In this document: positions 60,744 to 64,000 of the stretch, piece after piece
Layout: each line of letters opens with the position of its first letter
Position numbering within the stretch: the stretch's first letter is position 1
Source of the DNA: an uncultured Spirochaetota bacterium
Lineage (GTDB): Bacteria > Spirochaetota > Brevinematia > Brevinematales > JAOACQ01
Assembly: GCA_963835575.1 (NCBI GenBank)
Contig: CAWIGG010000006.1
Span: 192,001-256,000 of the forward strand
Direction of reading: 5' to 3'
DNA length: 64,000 nt
Notes under the pieces: generated by a model
Database searches by the model: none
Seen by the model: only the letters and a program-made list of their open reading frames with translations
What the model was told of the DNA's origin: nothing
Translations under genes and position numbers: made by a program

Positions 60744-62072
60744 ATGAATTACTGCCCGAATACTGAAAAAGAAACTTCGGAGATGCTCAAAGTTACCGGC
60801 GTCAAATCCATTGAGGATTTGTTTTCATCCATACCGGAAAAGATCCGGACAAAATCCTTTAATATTCCCGAAGGAAAAACGGAACTTGAGGTATTAGATT
60901 ATTTTAAAAAGCTGTCTCAAAAAAATGATACCGGTCCGGTATCTTTTCTGGGTGGCGGGGTTTATGACCATTTTATTCCCGCCGCTGTAGATTTCCTCTC
61001 AGGCCGGGCCGAGTTTTACACGGCTTATACTCCCTACCAGCCGGAATGTTCCCAGGGCACCCTGCAGGCGCTTTTCGAATTCCAGACGGCGATGTGCCGG
61101 CTGACGGGGCTGGATGTTTCGAACGCTTCTCTTTATGACGGGGCAACGGCTCTGGCCGAAGCCGCTTTGATGGCCGTCCGCATCACCCAGAGGAACAGGC
61201 TTTTAATCGGCGGCGGCGTAAGCCTCTTTTACCGGCAGGTCTTGAAAACCTATCTATTGAACCATTCCATCGAATTGATCGAATTGAAAACGGACCGGGA
61301 TAATCCTGAAAAACCTCTTATTTCCAATATTAATGATCAAACGGCGGCGGTGATCGTCCAGAACCCGGACTTTTTCGGAAGCATCGGCGATTATACCGAT
61401 GCGGCTGAAAAAGCCCATTCCGCCGGCGCATTACTCATTATGTCAGTCTATCCCGTTCCGCTCGGTCTTATAAAAACCCCGGCCGAAATGGGCGTGGATA
61501 TCGCCGTCGGCGACGGGCAGAGCCTCGGGATGCCGGTAAGCTTCGGCGGGCCGTCTTTCGGGTTTATTACTGTCAAGAAGGATTATGTCCGAAATCTGCC
61601 CGGAAGGATCGTCGGCGAGACTGTTGACAGGAACGGAAAGCGGGGCTTTGTACTGACGCTCCAGGCCAGGGAACAGCATATCAAACGGCAGAGGGCCACG
61701 TCGAACATCTGTTCCAACCAGAGCCTCTGCGCGCTCCGCGCCGTCATTTATCTTTCCCTTCTGGGCAGACATGGTTTTCAGGAATTGGCGAATCTGAATT
61801 ATAATAAGGCGGAATATCTGAAAAAGAGCCTTTCCGGAATAAAAAAAATATCCATCTGGAATAAATCACCGACATTCAACGAGTTTGTCATTGAACTGCC
61901 TTTACCGGCTTCTAAAATTGCCGCAGGGATGAATAAAAAAGGCTTTTATGCCGGCCTGCCGCTGGGCGGTTTTTATCCGGAACTGGACAAAATGCTTCTC
62001 ATCGCCGTTACGGAAAAAAGGACAAGGGAAGAAATGGATGATTATGTTAAAGCCCTGGGGGAATTGTTATGA
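60744..62072 (+). CDS. gcvPA: Glycine dehydrogenase subunit 1
   Basis: FYTAYTPYQPE, NASLYDGA, TLQAREQHIKR..ATSNICSNQ. Confidence 0.96.
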   Translation: MNYCPNTEKETSEMLKVTGVKSIEDLFSSIPEKIRTKSFNIPEGKTELEVLDYFKKLSQKNDTGPVSFLGGGVYDHFIPAAVDFLSGRAEFYTAYTPYQPECSQGTLQALFEFQTAMCRLTGLDVSNASLYDGATALAEAALMAVRITQRNRLLIGGGVSLFYRQVLKTYLLNHSIELIELKTDRDNPEKPLISNINDQTAAVIVQNPDFFGSIGDYTDAAEKAHSAGALLIMSVYPVPLGLIKTPAEMGVDIAVGDGQSLGMPVSFGGPSFGFITVKKDYVRNLPGRIVGETVDRNGKRGFVLTLQAREQHIKRQRATSNICSNQSLCALRAVIYLSLLGRHGFQELANLNYNKAEYLKKSLSGIKKISIWNKSPTFNEFVIELPLPASKIAAGMNKKGFYAGLPLGGFYPELDKMLLIAVTEKRTREEMDDYVKALGELL

Positions 62073-63526
62073 TAAAACTGGAAAAGCTGATATATGAAAA
62101 ATCATCTGAAGGAAGAAGGGGAATAGCTCTGCCTGAATCTGATCTGCCTGAAGCGCGGAAATTGCCGCAGAATATGATGCGGAAAGAGCCCGCGGCCCTT
62201 CCGGAAGTGAGCGAACCGGATGTTGTCCGGCATTATACGCGCTTGTCCAGGCTTAATTTTTCCGTTGATATGGAATTTTATCCCCTGGGATCATGCACCA
62301 TGAAATATAATCCGAAAATTCTGGAAAAAATAGCTGTTCTGGACGGCTTTAATGAAATGCACCCTCTTGTTTCATATCTGCCGGATGGTGATAAATCGGT
62401 CCAGGGCTCGCTTTCGGTCATTTATGAGCTGGAGGGTCTTCTGGCCGAAATAACCGGTATGGACGCTGTAACAACCGCGCCGATGGCGGGCGCGCATGGC
62501 GAGATGACGGGAATTCTGCTCATCGCGGCCTATCACAAATCAAAAGGAAACCGGAAAAAATACGTCATTGTCCCGGATTCCTCCCATGGGACAAATCCCG
62601 CCAGCGCCGCTATGGCCGGGTATGAGATCATAACCGTTCCCAGCCTTTCAAACGGCGAGATGGATGTAGAGGCACTTAAAAAAGCGCTGAGCCCGGAAAC
62701 CGCCGCCGTGATGATGACATGCCCGAATACTTTGGGGATATTCGAGACAAAAATAAAGGAAATAGCCGATCTGGCTCATTCAGCCGGCGCCCTGATGTAT
62801 TACGACGGGGCGAACCTGAACGCCGTTATGGGAAAAGTCAAGCCCGGCGAAGCGGGGTTTGATGTGGTCCATGTCAATGTCCATAAAACATTCGGGACCC
62901 CGCATGGCGGAGGCGGGCCCGGGGCGGGACCTGTCGGCGTCAAAAAGCCGCTGGCGCATTTACTGCCGGCGCCGAGAGTGATAAAAACGGCTGACGGACA
63001 ATTCCGGCTGGATAAAGTAACAAAAGAAAGCATCGGCAGGGTTTCCCATCTGTTCGGGAATTTCGGAGTGCTTCTCAAAGCCTATGCTTATATTCTCCTT
63101 CTCGGCAGGGAAGGGCTGATACAGGCTTCCGAACTGGCAGTTTTGAGCGCCAATTACATAAAAGAAAAATTAAAAAAATACTACCGCCTTCCTTATGACA
63201 GGCCCTGCATGCATGAATGCGTTTTTTCGGCTGAAAAACAGCTGGCGAAAGGAATTCATGCCATTGATATAGCCAAGAGCCTGATTGACAGGGGTTTTCA
63301 CCCGCCGACGGTATATTTTCCGCTGATCGTTAAGGAAGCGATAATGATCGAGCCGACGGAAACGGAGTCCAAAGAGACACTGGATGAATTTATCGCGGCG
63401 ATGATAGAAATCGCGGAAACGGCGGAGTCCTCACCCGAAAAGCTTCTGGCCGCGCCTCTGACAATGCCGATTACGCGCCTGGACGAGACAAAGGCCGCGC
63501 GCGAAGCAAAAGTGTGCTTCGGATAG
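62069..63526 (+). CDS. gcvPB: Glycine dehydrogenase subunit 2
   Basis: YPLGSCTMKYNP, HGTNPASA, NVHKTFGTPHGGGGPG, IEPTETES. Confidence 0.96.
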   Translation: MIKLEKLIYEKSSEGRRGIALPESDLPEARKLPQNMMRKEPAALPEVSEPDVVRHYTRLSRLNFSVDMEFYPLGSCTMKYNPKILEKIAVLDGFNEMHPLVSYLPDGDKSVQGSLSVIYELEGLLAEITGMDAVTTAPMAGAHGEMTGILLIAAYHKSKGNRKKYVIVPDSSHGTNPASAAMAGYEIITVPSLSNGEMDVEALKKALSPETAAVMMTCPNTLGIFETKIKEIADLAHSAGALMYYDGANLNAVMGKVKPGEAGFDVVHVNVHKTFGTPHGGGGPGAGPVGVKKPLAHLLPAPRVIKTADGQFRLDKVTKESIGRVSHLFGNFGVLLKAYAYILLLGREGLIQASELAVLSANYIKEKLKKYYRLPYDRPCMHECVFSAEKQLAKGIHAIDIAKSLIDRGFHPPTVYFPLIVKEAIMIEPTETESKETLDEFIAAMIEIAETAESSPEKLLAAPLTMPITRLDETKAAREAKVCFG

Positions 63527-63543
63527 TGAATGAGAAGAAAGCC

Positions 63544-63702
63544 GTCATTGCGAGCGTCCGGCACTGCCCCCGGAACTGATTATAGTGCGAAATCCCCGAT
63601 CAAGTCGGGGATCAGTCTGCGAATATAGATGACTTAACGTGTTGACAGATTGCTTCGCACGAGAAAAATCGGCATAGTATAAAACTGGTTGCTCGCAATG
63701 AC
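63544..63702. repeat. Second GTCATTGCGAG-type element, with an inserted hairpin
   Basis: GTCATTGCGAGC ... GACAGATTGCTTCGC ... GCTCGCAATGAC; ATCCCCGATCAAGTCGGGGAT at 63592-63612 interrupts the left inner arm. Confidence 0.85.
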
Positions 63703-63914
63703 GGCTTTGTAATGATATTCTTAGTGTTCAGTAAGCCTTTACAAAAGGTTACCCTGTTCAAAAGAGGATGATTATTTTGAAAATTTTCATTTTCTATATT
63801 AGAATCATATATCGTTTTTTAGGAAACCCTGCGGGTGAGGTGAGAAACCGGATTTAATGAAAACATTATTCCGGGATTTATAACCGCCCATTAATAATTC
63901 CAGGAGGAATTTTT

Positions 63915-64000
63915 ATGATCCCCTTGTCAGCCAATTTCCTCAAAGTGAAAATCAGCCTGACCAACCGCGAAGAACTTAAAGAATGCCTGATCCAGACAAT
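63915..64000 (+). CDS. 5' end of an unknown gene (runs off the window)
   Basis: AGGAGG RBS then ATG: MIPLSANFLKVKISLTNREELKECLIQT. Confidence 0.6.
   Translation, partial: MIPLSANFLKVKISLTNREELKECLIQT

Noticed and set aside
63823..63834. GAAACCCTGCGG shared with the IS110 downstream end
   Set aside because: Only 12 bp with no extension; likely chance

Overview
Bacterial chromosomal window, probably from a free-living spirochaete. That assignment is inferred from the ispE-spoVG-tRNA-Gln-prs-rplY-pth-tilS-ftsH gene order, WG-repeat and LacI-type sensor fusion proteins, and a flagellar rod gene. It holds a housekeeping block (1-13 kb), an accessory stretch (lipoproteins, hydrolases, surface glycosylation, c-di-GMP/cAMP signalling) and a gcvT-H-PA-PB glycine-cleavage cluster. 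Four IS elements are present: a partial IS5, an IS1182, an IS66 and an IS110. The main signals are non-coding. (1) The IS110 at 48860-50506 carries a two-hairpin bridge-RNA-like leader whose four loop segments match its own reconstructed target and donor sites. It would form a junction promoter on circularisation, and its recombinase has Thr and Asn at the usual catalytic Ser and Asp positions. (2) Many intergenic spaces hold nested palindromic elements: ~9-bp-period inverted-repeat arms, REP-like hairpins inserted in them, and IS1182-type MITEs inserted in those. One copy retains a GxxExxY-like gene remnant and one encloses a cupin gene. All calls come from reading the sequence by eye; no searches were run.
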